NCBI GenBank assembly: GCA_040437565.1
Contig: JBDOQK010000014.1
Coordinates: forward strand, 1-64,000
Length of the DNA: 64,000 nucleotides
Direction: 5' to 3'
From: Albugo candida
Taxonomy: Eukaryota
Part shown: in pieces, positions 1 to 10,158 of the stretch
Numbering within the stretch: the stretch's first letter is position 1
How the letters are laid out: each line of letters starts with the position of its first letter
Made by a program: the position numbers and the translations under genes
Notes under the pieces: generated by a model
What the model saw: only the letters and a program-made list of their open reading frames with translations
Told to the model about the DNA's origin: nothing
Database searches by the model: none

Positions 1-1252
1 ACCACGTTTAGTGCGCACGTTCGGTACTATCGAAGACAGTGTTACGACCAAGACGAACGCATTCGGTTTGCTAAAGTTTTGGAACAACTCGCAACGCAGG
101 GTTCATTCGGTGGGTTTTTCAGAAGTCGAAGATCGTTGCTGGGGGTACGACACAGGCAAGTGGATATGCAAGTGCAACTAGGATCCTAGTCCTAGTTGGA
201 TGGCATTGTTCAGGCTAGTGTGGCGCACACCAATTTGGACTCCACGGTACTTTTGGACGATTTTTTACAACTTTACAGTAGTTACAAGCTGGACACAGTC
301 TCGTATCAAGGTGGCTGGGGCTACTACGATATGGGATTATCAACGAGAAGACATATTATCAACTCTCACAGGGTTTTTACGAAACGTTTTTTATATGTAT
401 AGTATGTTTGTTATTCAAGATATCCTAGGCAACTAGAGAAGTCAGTTAGTCTAATTCTAGTAATATAGACACCTTCAACTGGCTACTACACGGCTCAGCT
501 TTTTCTACGAAAATTCACGGATGAGCAGCTCGTCAAGCGACTTCATCTCGTGTTCCGGGTGCTTGTATACCGTTTTATAGGGGTACTACAAAACTGAGAT
601 GGTATTGGGAGCTACATATACAACGTTAACAGTTTTCTATGAAGGTTTCGAGTGTGATTAGCCTTCATCATTGCCAAAGACACAAGATAGAAATTGATCC
701 CTTCCCGAGAAAAAAGATTTCGCATGATTTAGTGAGTATGAATGGACCGCTCAAGCTCTTCAACTTTCAAGTCAACAAAACTTACAGCAAGAAATTGACA
801 AGATTCTAATTACATCTCCCACCATTAAAGTCATGTGCAAGTGTATTGCGAGAGTCACCGAGACTACAAACCACTCCATATTGTAATCTCTTAAGGTAAT
901 AAGACTGCCAGTCCGTTGCATTATTCTCTAAGCTATAGTTTGCGGCACCATGCTGGTCACCGCAAGATGAAATGGTACATGAACTTGGTACCACAATCAT
1001 CTGATTGATCAATAGGATCGGCTTTGCAAAAAATGATACTCTCATATATTCCTGCAGGCTACACATCTGTGTCAGTAGGTAGAGCATGGTAAGTGCATGC
1101 TATAATCAAGCAAACCAAGTCTTTGGGCTTGTAATACTTCGAGACGAGAAGGATGCATGTTTTAGATTCTTCCATCTTTTCAAACATCATCTCGCTGCAA
1201 TGCAAAAGGATAAGTGCGTGCATTGAATAATCTCCTAGACCGCGTTAATACA

Positions 1253-1762
1253 TCAATTGCTCGCTCTAGGATTGGCTTCGGGCGTAGAACTCTTGTGCGT
1301 TTCTGAGTCATTCAAATTCTGCTCCAGTCCTTCGTTAAGAGTCGAATTCTTCGATTTATCAACTTTGGGACGATATTGCTGCGCTTTAGAATCTCGTTTA
1401 CCGCTGCGGCCCCTCGCTGAGCGTGAACGATTTGCACTTTTGTCAGCTCCATTCTCTGTGCGGAGTTTTAGATTTTCCATCGCGACTACGAGGCTATCGC
1501 TCTTGGTTTTCGAGCTCGTTGGCTCATTATCCTTCTTCTCCTTCTGCCATGAGAACTCTCATTAGCTTATCGGACATCTCGGATTCGTCTTACTATGATT
1601 GCATACCCTGTGATCTGAAGCCTTATACTTTGGTATCTCATCTTGCAGGATATGACCTGGTCGAATACGAATTGGTTTGCGCACTGAACCATCTGGACGT
1701 ATACTCGCAGAAATGTATTTTTCACCATTTATCTCACAAATTTTTTGTAAAGAGTGATTCAT
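1253..1762 (-). CDS. PYM1: Partner of Y14-Mago (PYM/WIBG), exon junction complex disassembly factor; 2 exons (1762-1607, 1543-1253), ~148 aa
   Basis: The N-terminal GEKYISASIRPDGSVRKPIRIRPGHILQDEIPKY matches the Mago-binding motif. A 63-nt GTATGC...CTAAT...GCAG intron (1606-1544) joins it in frame to the basic, low-complexity ORF at 1253-1480. Confidence 0.85.
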
Positions 1763-2380
1763 CAAGAATCGTCACAATCAGCCAATCATACAATAGAACC
1801 AATCCATGAAGTCGATGCTTGCCGACATGTGAAGATGATGGTCTAGTTCCTAAGTATCTTTCGGTCTTCCTACAGTACAGCAATATAATTCTCGTCGATT
1901 TTTATATATAATTCCTAATGACAACCAGTCTCCGAAGATGTGAGGTTGCATAGCGGCTGGGCATAAAAGTATGACTCTCTAGCCATGCGTTCGATCCATG
2001 TTTATATCATTTTATATACGAAATACATGCTGCAGCGAGCTCGATCGAGATATGTATATGTATGTCACAAAGCTATCACTCCTTATCTTTTCAGTGTGTG
2101 TAAAACAACCTTATTGCGTTATCCTTTAGAACCTTTTAATCATGTAAAGGAGCAGGTTGCAGATGCAAACGATACGGGAAAAGGACTCTTTTGGAGCTAC
2201 AAGTATTGCACTCATACACTTATGAAGCCAACATGTTGACCGAAAGGATCAATGGAGCATAAGATCTGTACACTTCTTTTTAGCAAAAAATGGCGATTAT
2301 GTCGAGTGTTTGCAGAAAGACATAAGTATTGCTACCCCGTAGGCGTGTGTTTTGTAGCGATAACGGCAATCAGAAACAAA

Positions 2381-2731
2381 TCATGAAAGGATTACTTGTC
2401 GAGGTAGTACTTCTACACTGACCAGTGCTACATAGCATAGCTTAAGAATACATTCTTGTGGAGGGAAAAGAGCAGACTCCGCATAAATGGAACGTGTAAT
2501 TGGATGCCAATCAAGATGAATTTCAAAAATGTATTTATAAAGGACGTTGTAATTTGCAGTATTCCATTCCATCACTGCTTCGTTCTCACGAGCAGTTGAT
2601 ATCTCATAACCGGTATCCGTGACCAGGAGCTGATGCTCGAATTGAGCCGATCGTGCTCCGTCCACTGTGACAGCGGTCCAATTATCTGGCCACGTTGTAT
2701 CTTTCAATGATCCCATGTTGATCATCGGCTC
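2381..2731 (-). pseudogene. METAP1: C-terminal fragment of methionine aminopeptidase 1 (type I MetAP); 5' portion absent
   Basis: EPMINMG...[31 protein letters not shown] is the MetAP1 C-terminal signature with both metal-binding Glu residues. There is an in-frame stop just upstream, no recognisable upstream MetAP exons, and only ~340 bp before the next gene. Confidence 0.7.
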
Positions 2732-3072
2732 ACAGGATTCAAATCATCATACACCACACCAGACTACAGTTTTGGATGATAGTGAAAGTAGAAAGATTAA
2801 TGAAGGCGATCTTCTGGCTCCAATCTGAGCAAAAAATATATGTAATAGTATAAAGCATGCTCCTACCCTGCATTCCGTTAGACTGAGAACGCACATGCTA
2901 TGAAAATCATTGGTGGTACTGGGACCATAATCTATGCGTAAGAAAATTATTTCAATCCGCGAGTAAGACCTGGGAGAAGGCGCATGTAACGCACTTACTA
3001 CTTTCTAATACTTTCTATGGTGACCTTTCAAGATTTTATGATATTTCATCACGCTATAAGGAAAGGATTTGG

Positions 3073-4836
3073 ATGAAAGACGCCACAGTGGAGCGACATG
3101 CGTCTCAAAGCACTGGAAATGCGCTTGGAAAACGTGTTCTTAACGAAACTAATACGCTGCTTTTGGACATGGGTTTAGGCAAAGATCATCGGCGCCTATT
3201 CTGCAATGTAAAAGATCTTACTGCCTCTATTTCATCTATGAGCGTCGCCGTCTATGAAAAGCTCTTCCAGACGCGCTTGGACAGCATTTGTCGATATCCA
3301 ACAACAATGATTCAATACATCGATAATGTAGACAGTATTTTGGAGGCGCTACGAGGTGTTATTCTGATTCGAGAGGCCGCAAGCGCCTCCTATTTGGATA
3401 AAATCAATGGAACTGATATCTGTTCCGGAGATGTACGCAGTATTGGGAAGTTGATTGCAGTATTCCGGGAAATTTATGAAACCTTATATTTCAACACAAG
3501 TCTGAACATTGTATTTACCGAAGATCCGGATGTGTCAGAACCACCTCAGCGAGCCCATTGTCCAAGAAGTAAAAAAAATTGTAATCGAAAGGGAAGGAAT
3601 TGTGGAGTTATAGCATTGAAGCAAAAAAACTGCAGTCGAAAAATTTGCACGAAACGAGGAGGAATGTTGGCGAGTACACGAGTTGTTCCAGATACGTACA
3701 ACGAGAATGCGGATGCTGATAGCGTTTCAGAGGCTCGTTACGATAGTGACCTCCATCGAAGTCAGATATCACCAATGCCATTGAATTCCTCAATCTCTGA
3801 TTTAAGTTTCAAAAAGTTTCGCGAACGCCAAGCAGGTGTCTCCTTTGGTAGTTTTTCTCCAGTTGAAATCAACCAAAGCCCTCATAGTTTGGTCTGCGAA
3901 TCAATAGAGATGGAGGCAAATGAAAATATTCTTAGAGAGAAACCAATTCACGATGACCAAAATCTGGATGCAAAGCATGAGATTATTGATTCAGCCACCG
4001 ATATTAATAAACAAAAAGAAGAGGATGATGCACGAGGTACTCGCAAAGTATCACCAAATTTATCTTCTAAGAAAGACAAAAGTTCAAGAACACCATTGTA
4101 TCCTCTCGTACCAATGCGACTGTCTGCTACAACTCGTCGTGCGGAAAAGAAGTATTCTTTGCTCATCCAGGATCATGTGGAAACCTTACGGCTGCAAGAA
4201 AAGCGTCATCGAGAGCTCCTTGCACGCCGATTTAGAGTGAGTAAACATCAACAGCAGATTGATGCAATTCGACATCGCAATTTCCAACAAACACTTTGTC
4301 AGGAGCGCCTAGCAGCACAAATGCAGCAGAAAACGACATTGGAGTCTCACATGCGCATCATGATGAATAATGTGCTGACAATTGAGAAAGAGAAGCTCAA
4401 GATCAAACAAAAAGACTTCAGCGAACAAATCAAATCGATCCAGTCCAATCACCAGAAGCAGGAACGTGCCTTAGAAACGTTTTTCGATCATCAGCTTGCA
4501 TTGTTGAAGGAAGAATTGCTACGCAACACGGTAGAGCAGGATCTCACCGAAAAGGCTCACAGGCTCGCTTCAAAGCAACTTTTACGTGATCTACGTCATG
4601 ACCAAGACGAGAATTTGAAGTGTACGATCGATAAGGCTCAGGAGCGACAAAAGCATCGTCTATATACTTGGGAACGAGATCACCAGCGTCAGATTACACA
4701 AATGACCCAAAAAGAGCCAACAAGGACTATCGATCCGTTCCATGCCGCTGCCATCAGAGCTCGTGAGCTTCGTCAAGCAAAGCACCAAACTCACAAAAGG
4801 TCGATCAGCAAGCACAACACAGTAGCAGATGACTAG
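3073..4836 (+). CDS. CEP95-like centrosomal coiled-coil protein (N-terminal DUF5745/CH-like domain), 587 aa
   Basis: Long ORF. The N-terminal segment (VAVYEKLF...NVDSILEAL...INGTDICSGDVRSIGKLIAVF) resembles the CEP95 N-terminal domain. It is followed by a disordered middle and a long Q/E/K/R coiled-coil C-terminus. Confidence 0.55.
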   Translation: MKDATVERHASQSTGNALGKRVLNETNTLLLDMGLGKDHRRLFCNVKDLTASISSMSVAVYEKLFQTRLDSICRYPTTMIQYIDNVDSILEALRGVILIREAASASYLDKINGTDICSGDVRSIGKLIAVFREIYETLYFNTSLNIVFTEDPDVSEPPQRAHCPRSKKNCNRKGRNCGVIALKQKNCSRKICTKRGGMLASTRVVPDTYNENADADSVSEARYDSDLHRSQISPMPLNSSISDLSFKKFRERQAGVSFGSFSPVEINQSPHSLVCESIEMEANENILREKPIHDDQNLDAKHEIIDSATDINKQKEEDDARGTRKVSPNLSSKKDKSSRTPLYPLVPMRLSATTRRAEKKYSLLIQDHVETLRLQEKRHRELLARRFRVSKHQQQIDAIRHRNFQQTLCQERLAAQMQQKTTLESHMRIMMNNVLTIEKEKLKIKQKDFSEQIKSIQSNHQKQERALETFFDHQLALLKEELLRNTVEQDLTEKAHRLASKQLLRDLRHDQDENLKCTIDKAQERQKHRLYTWERDHQRQITQMTQKEPTRTIDPFHAAAIRARELRQAKHQTHKRSISKHNTVADD

Positions 4837-4839
4837 ATA

Positions 4840-5980
4840 GAATTGCTCCATAATTGATCGCAGACGGCGTGAACACTTCCACATCAGCGCGTTGATGCGT
4901 ACGAAATACCGACTCGTGATTGAGGAGATGAGCTCATGAGAAGGCATAATTTGCGTCTGCTGCTGCCTACCCACAAGTGTTCAATATCGAGCTTTTCAGA
5001 CTTTACAATTTGATCATGAAGGATAAGTAAAGTGAGTGCTTCATATCGTAATTTTAAATGTGATACAGACCAGTCTTACCAGCTTGGTTCCTGTACCGGA
5101 AAGCTAACAAACGTCGTGAACTAGTACGCGTATTCACATCTTGCACTCATCTAGCTCTTGTTGCCAGTAATAAACTTCTATCACAGGGCTGCTATGTCAA
5201 TCTATAGAAGAGAAATCCATTGTTGTTTGTGCCATGGAATGAGCTTAAACGCGCTAGCCTTCTCGGAAACAATTATACACCAGCCAAACTAGCGACTTAG
5301 CACATTACGATCTGATCAGCACACAGACTTCCGTGTCGTGGTATAGAATGTGGACCGTGTCTATCAATTCAAAAGTTGTGGTACGTAGAACACTCGTAGA
5401 ATAAAGCCATCCTGCCCTGAAGAATTGTGTTGGTATTGAAATGATTCTAATAATTCATCGGAAGAGGTAAGGTAATCAAACATCTACAAAGCAGCTTGAA
5501 TCCTTGCTCGATAGATGAGGTGTGGGGAGATTGCAAACTTATCTCGGACTTTCGCATTTGATTCAATTCTCTTCGATGTTGATGAATCAGGCAAGTAGAG
5601 CTTCGTAGGTACAACAATTGGATTCCCTTGTATGCTTGTGTCTCTAAACATAATTCTCATTATCATGTGGAAGAATGTACGTTGAGATAAATTGCCAGCG
5701 CGTATACCAAAATATGCCAAAATCGTTTAGTAGATGTCAAGTGCTTCAATACGTCAAAGTACGGACGACATTGCTGTTTTTGCCGATTGAATCGAAGAAT
5801 CTTGCGAGCATGATTATCCGAAGCAGAGCGCGCATCCTAAGGTTGCTACGTCCGATCGACAATAGTCACATTTCTCGCGATTCTGACTAAAGAAAGTCAC
5901 GTTCTTGATACAAATGGACTTCGATGAATGATAGTCGTTCACTTATTCTATGGTCAGACATCGTCACTGCTGTCATCATT
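4840..5980 (-). CDS. Possible multi-exon hypothetical gene (or decayed gene), boundaries uncertain
   Basis: Short open segments are bounded by GT..AG pairs, e.g. ...SKRIESNAK|GTCCGA...TTTGTAG|MFDYLTSSDELLESFQYQH... There is also a CDYC..ATLGCALC-like segment near 5830-5870. I could not build a complete model. Confidence 0.25.
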
Positions 5981-6091
5981 CTATTGATATGATGCAAGTA
6001 TAGCCAGAGATTCGAGAAGTCAGCCGTTGATTTGCAACAGCGTGGGTACCGTACCTTTCACTGAGATTGATTGGAAAATACTTGATTAAAA

Positions 6092-7237
6092 ATGCGACGC
6101 GTAATTGAACCAAATCCACGGTCGCTGAAAAAGGGAAAAGCGCAGCAGAAGAAAATTGATGACCCTCAATCCATCACTGCACCCAAGGATGCAATACTTT
6201 CAGAGCCACATTCAATACCGAACACTTGGACGAGCTTGACCAACCATATAAGAGCACATTCATTCATGGTAAAAGTCGTATCACTTGCTCTGTTCACGTC
6301 GATGTTTGTTGCATTATGGATTCATCCAGATGCCATGCCTTTGTTCAATGATGGGGGCAAGTCCATAGATGAAGGAGCTATTTCTTTGAAGAGTGCAAAG
6401 AATTTCGTTCCATCGAAGTCTATGTCTATCGATCACAATCTGAACCACGTGAAAACAGATGTCATCATACTTGATTCCTATCCTCATGATGTGAAGGCAT
6501 TCACACAGGGACTTTTGGTTGTTCAGCAAAATCACGACAAGTACTTCATTGAGTCGACTGGTTTATATGGGGAGTCAACATTGCGAAAAGTAGACATTAC
6601 AACCGGCAAAGTCTTGACACAGACGGCGCTTCCTTCAAATCTTTTTGGTGAAGGCATCACTTTGAGTAGAAACCAATTGCTTTTGTTGACATGGAAGAGT
6701 GGTAAAGGCTTCACGTACGAGTTGTCTGCACAGAAAAAGGATGGGAGAAATGGAATTATATCAGAGTCATTCAGCCGACTGAAAAAGTTTGCCATAAAAA
6801 CACAAACCGGTGAAGGATGGGGTATCGATGGGAACGGAACTCATCTTATACTGAGTGATGGATCGTCTAGACTATACGTCTTGAGTCCAGATACATTGAA
6901 ACAAATTGGTACGGTTGAAGTTACATTGAATGGACAGAGATTGAAATATCTCAATGAACTCGAAGTTGTGGGAAGATACATTTACGCCAACGTATGGTAT
7001 GAGAATTCCATTGTCAAGATTGATTCTGGGTCAGGAAAAGTTGTTGCAGTGTACGAATGCTCGAATGTTAGACAAAAGGTAGAAGAACTGGCGCAAAAAG
7101 AAGGAATTGATTTCAATACGAATGATGGCGCTGTTTTGAATGGCATCGCGTACGACGGAGACTCGGACGTATTTTATATAACCGGAAAACTTTGGCCATT
7201 TGTCTTCGGAGTACGTCTAGTAGACTCATATGTCTAA
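6092..7237 (+). CDS. QCT: Glutaminyl-peptide cyclotransferase, plant/bacterial (type I, beta-propeller) family, with N-terminal signal anchor; 381 aa
   Basis: Motifs YPHD..AFTQGL, ESTGLYGES, FGEGIT, LTWK, EGWG, SDGS, LNELE, YANVW, VLNGIAYD and TGKLWP are present. A hydrophobic helix lies at about aa 58-78. The gene is intronless. Confidence 0.92.
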   Translation: MRRVIEPNPRSLKKGKAQQKKIDDPQSITAPKDAILSEPHSIPNTWTSLTNHIRAHSFMVKVVSLALFTSMFVALWIHPDAMPLFNDGGKSIDEGAISLKSAKNFVPSKSMSIDHNLNHVKTDVIILDSYPHDVKAFTQGLLVVQQNHDKYFIESTGLYGESTLRKVDITTGKVLTQTALPSNLFGEGITLSRNQLLLLTWKSGKGFTYELSAQKKDGRNGIISESFSRLKKFAIKTQTGEGWGIDGNGTHLILSDGSSRLYVLSPDTLKQIGTVEVTLNGQRLKYLNELEVVGRYIYANVWYENSIVKIDSGSGKVVAVYECSNVRQKVEELAQKEGIDFNTNDGAVLNGIAYDGDSDVFYITGKLWPFVFGVRLVDSYV

Positions 7238-7429
7238 TCGGTCACCGCATAGCGATCAAGATCTCCAAGGTCCAAGGCAGATATTCTCTATCTTGTAGAC
7301 ACATGAGTGAATGTCGACTTTGTTGTACAAGAGGCAGTCACACTTGTCAATACACTTTATTGTTTCACGGCTAAATAGCAGCATATTCTGTCAAATTATT
7401 AACTAGATCATGTGTCTTTCGTGATCTCC

Positions 7430-7912
7430 TCAGGCGTACTTATATTGCTTCTTCAAACGGTGTATCAATCGTGTCCATGTAAAGCGGTACGTGGATTTAT
7501 CACCGGGATAGTTTTTGCGATAAAGCAGAGCGTATGATAGTGATACGACATGTGGATCTGTCAGGTTGCATATTTGTTTGAAATCGAGCTCCTGAAACAA
7601 ATCACCCTGCGAGATAATTTCCATTGAATAACCGTCACGATATACCGCAAAGTGCATGATGCAGTAGAGCTCAGATAGAAGGATATACATTGATCCTGTG
7701 AGTAAAGTCTCGACCACATACACTCGCCAAAATTGCAAGTGCTCATTGAGCGAAGCAATTGATCCAGCGGGCAGCCTGTCAAAGCTGATAATCGCTGGAC
7801 TTGTCTCGATACTTTCGAATGGATGCAGAGACCAACAAGGAAGCTTTTCGTTCTTCCAGGTTGCAGTGGAGCAATCAAGCAGAGCACGTACAAAATATCT
7901 CAAATGTTTCAC
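7430..7912 (-). CDS. Hypothetical ORF, 160 aa; 5' part overlaps CMC1 exon 1 on the opposite strand
   Basis: Open frame only, with no recognisable motif. If real, the true start may be downstream. Confidence 0.2.
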   Translation of the reverse strand: MKHLRYFVRALLDCSTATWKNEKLPCWSLHPFESIETSPAIISFDRLPAGSIASLNEHLQFWRVYVVETLLTGSMYILLSELYCIMHFAVYRDGYSMEIISQGDLFQELDFKQICNLTDPHVVSLSYALLYRKNYPGDKSTYRFTWTRLIHRLKKQYKYA

Positions 7913-8287
7913 TTATTATTTCTGCACTCATACGTACTTTGTTAGAAATTGCGGCAGGAGTTGAATGATATCGCCACAGCCAAATGTCGACCTATCACAG
8001 AAAAATTCGCANNNNNNNNNNNNNNNNNNNNNNNNNNNNNNNNNNNNNNNNNNNNNNNNNNNNNNNNNNNNNNNNNNNNNNNNNNNNNNNNNNNNNNNNN
8101 NNNNNNNNNNNGTCGACCTATCACAGAAAAATTCGCAATATGCGCCAAAGAGCAAGGTTTATTAGTCGTATTCCGTTGTCGCCAACAGAATCGTGATATG
8201 AATGAGTGTCTCGCACAATACACAAATGAAGCTCAATTCAACGCCTATCGTGCGCAAAAAGAGAGAGACATCCTTCAAAACTCATAA
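7819..8287 (+). CDS. CMC1: Twin CX9C cytochrome c oxidase assembly protein (CMC1 family); exons 7819-7887 and 7946-8287 (gap artefact inside)
   Basis: After removing the 26-bp overlap plus gap, the spliced product is MDAETNKEAFRSSRLQWSNQAEH|KLRQELNDIATAKC-RPITEKFAI-C-AKEQGLLVVFR-C-RQQNRDMNE-CLAQY. This has two exact CX9C motifs. The intron is GTACAA...GTTAG (7888-7945). Confidence 0.85.
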
Positions 8288-10158
8288 TCCACTGATGGTT
8301 CTTTTTGATATAAAATCGCTACTATATAGACTGAATCCTTTGTTTCTTTGACTTAACGATCTACAGCTGGGCTCCTGTTTTGAAACGAACACTATAATTG
8401 CATTTGGGCAGTCCTTTCCCCCGAATGCTCATATCAAGGAATGGATCAAGACTGGTTCGACACCTCGCCTTGATTTTCAGCAATTGAGCTGTACGAGAAA
8501 AGCTCGGCAGGCTTCTCGGTAGCTCTAATCTCATCATGCATATGCATGTAGGCTTCTGCTTCATCTGGACGTCCTAATGCTTTAAGCATATCGGCACATT
8601 TATTCAGCAATTGCTCCCGCTCATGCGAGTTGACGTCATTTGTCAGAGATTCCTTGTATTGTTCCAAAGCGCCTTCTGCGAAATTCTGTGCCAAGAGGAC
8701 ATCGGCCAAGATATTCCTCGTAAGATACGAGTCTTGGAAAATTAGAGATCGTCTCAATAAACGCTCAGCATCTTGCAGATGATCAGTTGCAACACATGCG
8801 CTACTGAGTTCCCGTAAGAGCAGCGCATTTGATAGGTTGTACCGTATGGCTTGATGGAGGCACCGCCTCGCATTCGTATCGGCTTGCAGCTTTTCTTCAG
8901 TTCGTTGGCCTTTGCTGTAATTGCTGTAATATAGTAGCGCCAGGTACCCCCACACTTCAGGATTTCTCGAATCCAAGCGATTTGCTTCAGCAAGAGCAAG
9001 TTTGGCTTCTTGAAAAATCTCTAGTCGNNNNNNNNNNNNNNNNNNNNNNNNNNNNNNNNNNNNNNNNNNNNNNNNNNNNNNNNNNNNNNNNNNNNNNNNN
9101 NNNNNNNNNNNNNNNNNNNNNNNNNNNTCAGTTGCAACACATGCGCTACTGAGTTCCCGTAAGAGCAGCGCATTTGATAGGTTGTACCGTATGGCTTGAT
9201 GGAGGCACCGCCTCGCATTCGTATCGGCTTGCAGCTTTTCTTCAGTTCGTTGGCCTTTGCTGTAATTGCTGTAATATAGTAGCGCCAGGTACCCCCACAC
9301 TTCAGGATTTCTCGAATCCAAGCGATTTGCTTCAGCAAGAGCAAGTTTGGCTTCTTGAAAAATCTCTAGTCGATAGTACGCAATACCGACTCCCAACCAG
9401 CACGAAGCGATAGAAAATTCGCTGCAACACATTAGAAAAACGCATTTTGCTTCTTCCATGCGTGAACACTGCAGTAATAGATTTCCCAGGTTCAAATAAA
9501 CAGTCAAGCGGTCTCTTACATCAAGATGCTTGATAAAGGGAAGCACCGATTTGAAGCTTTCAATCGCTCGTTCAATATTATTGGATTGCATGTGCAGTCT
9601 TCCGCAATAGACCCATGTCTTTGGGTAAGCCTGATCTATATCAAGTGCTTCTTGGAGCAGTAACTCGCCAGTTTTTAGATCTCCATTTGTGATTCGGACA
9701 TCAGATTCTAGCAGGCGATACAAAATACGTTCTTCAGAGCTCAAAATGTCGCGATTTTGCTGGGATTTTTTCATCAGTGCCAGAACAGCGTCGCTAAGCT
9801 GTGANNNNNNNNNNNNNNNNNNNNNNNNNNNNNNNNNNNNNNNNNNNNNNNNNNNNNNNNNNNNNNNNNNNNNNNNNNNNNNNNNNNNNNNNNNNNNNNN
9901 NNNNTTGAAGCTTTCAATCGCTCGTTCAATATTATTGGATTGCATGTGCAGTCTTCCGCAATAGACCCATGTCTTTGGGTAAGCCTGATCTATATCAAGT
10001 GCTTCTTGGAGCAGTAACTCGCCAGTTTTTAGATCTCCATTTGTGATTCGGACATCAGATTCTAGCAGGCGATACAAAATACGTTCTTCAGAGCTCAAAA
10101 TGTCGCGATTTTGCTGGGATTTTTTCATCAGTGCCAGAACAGCGTCGCTAAGCTGTGA
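7986..10158. repeat. Three gap-flanking exact duplications (7986-8011=8112-8137; 8783-9027=9128-9372; 9551-9804=9905-10158); artefacts
   Basis: Each 100-N gap is preceded and followed by the same sequence. The offsets of 126, 345 and 354 nt all happen to keep the reading frame. Confidence 0.9.
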
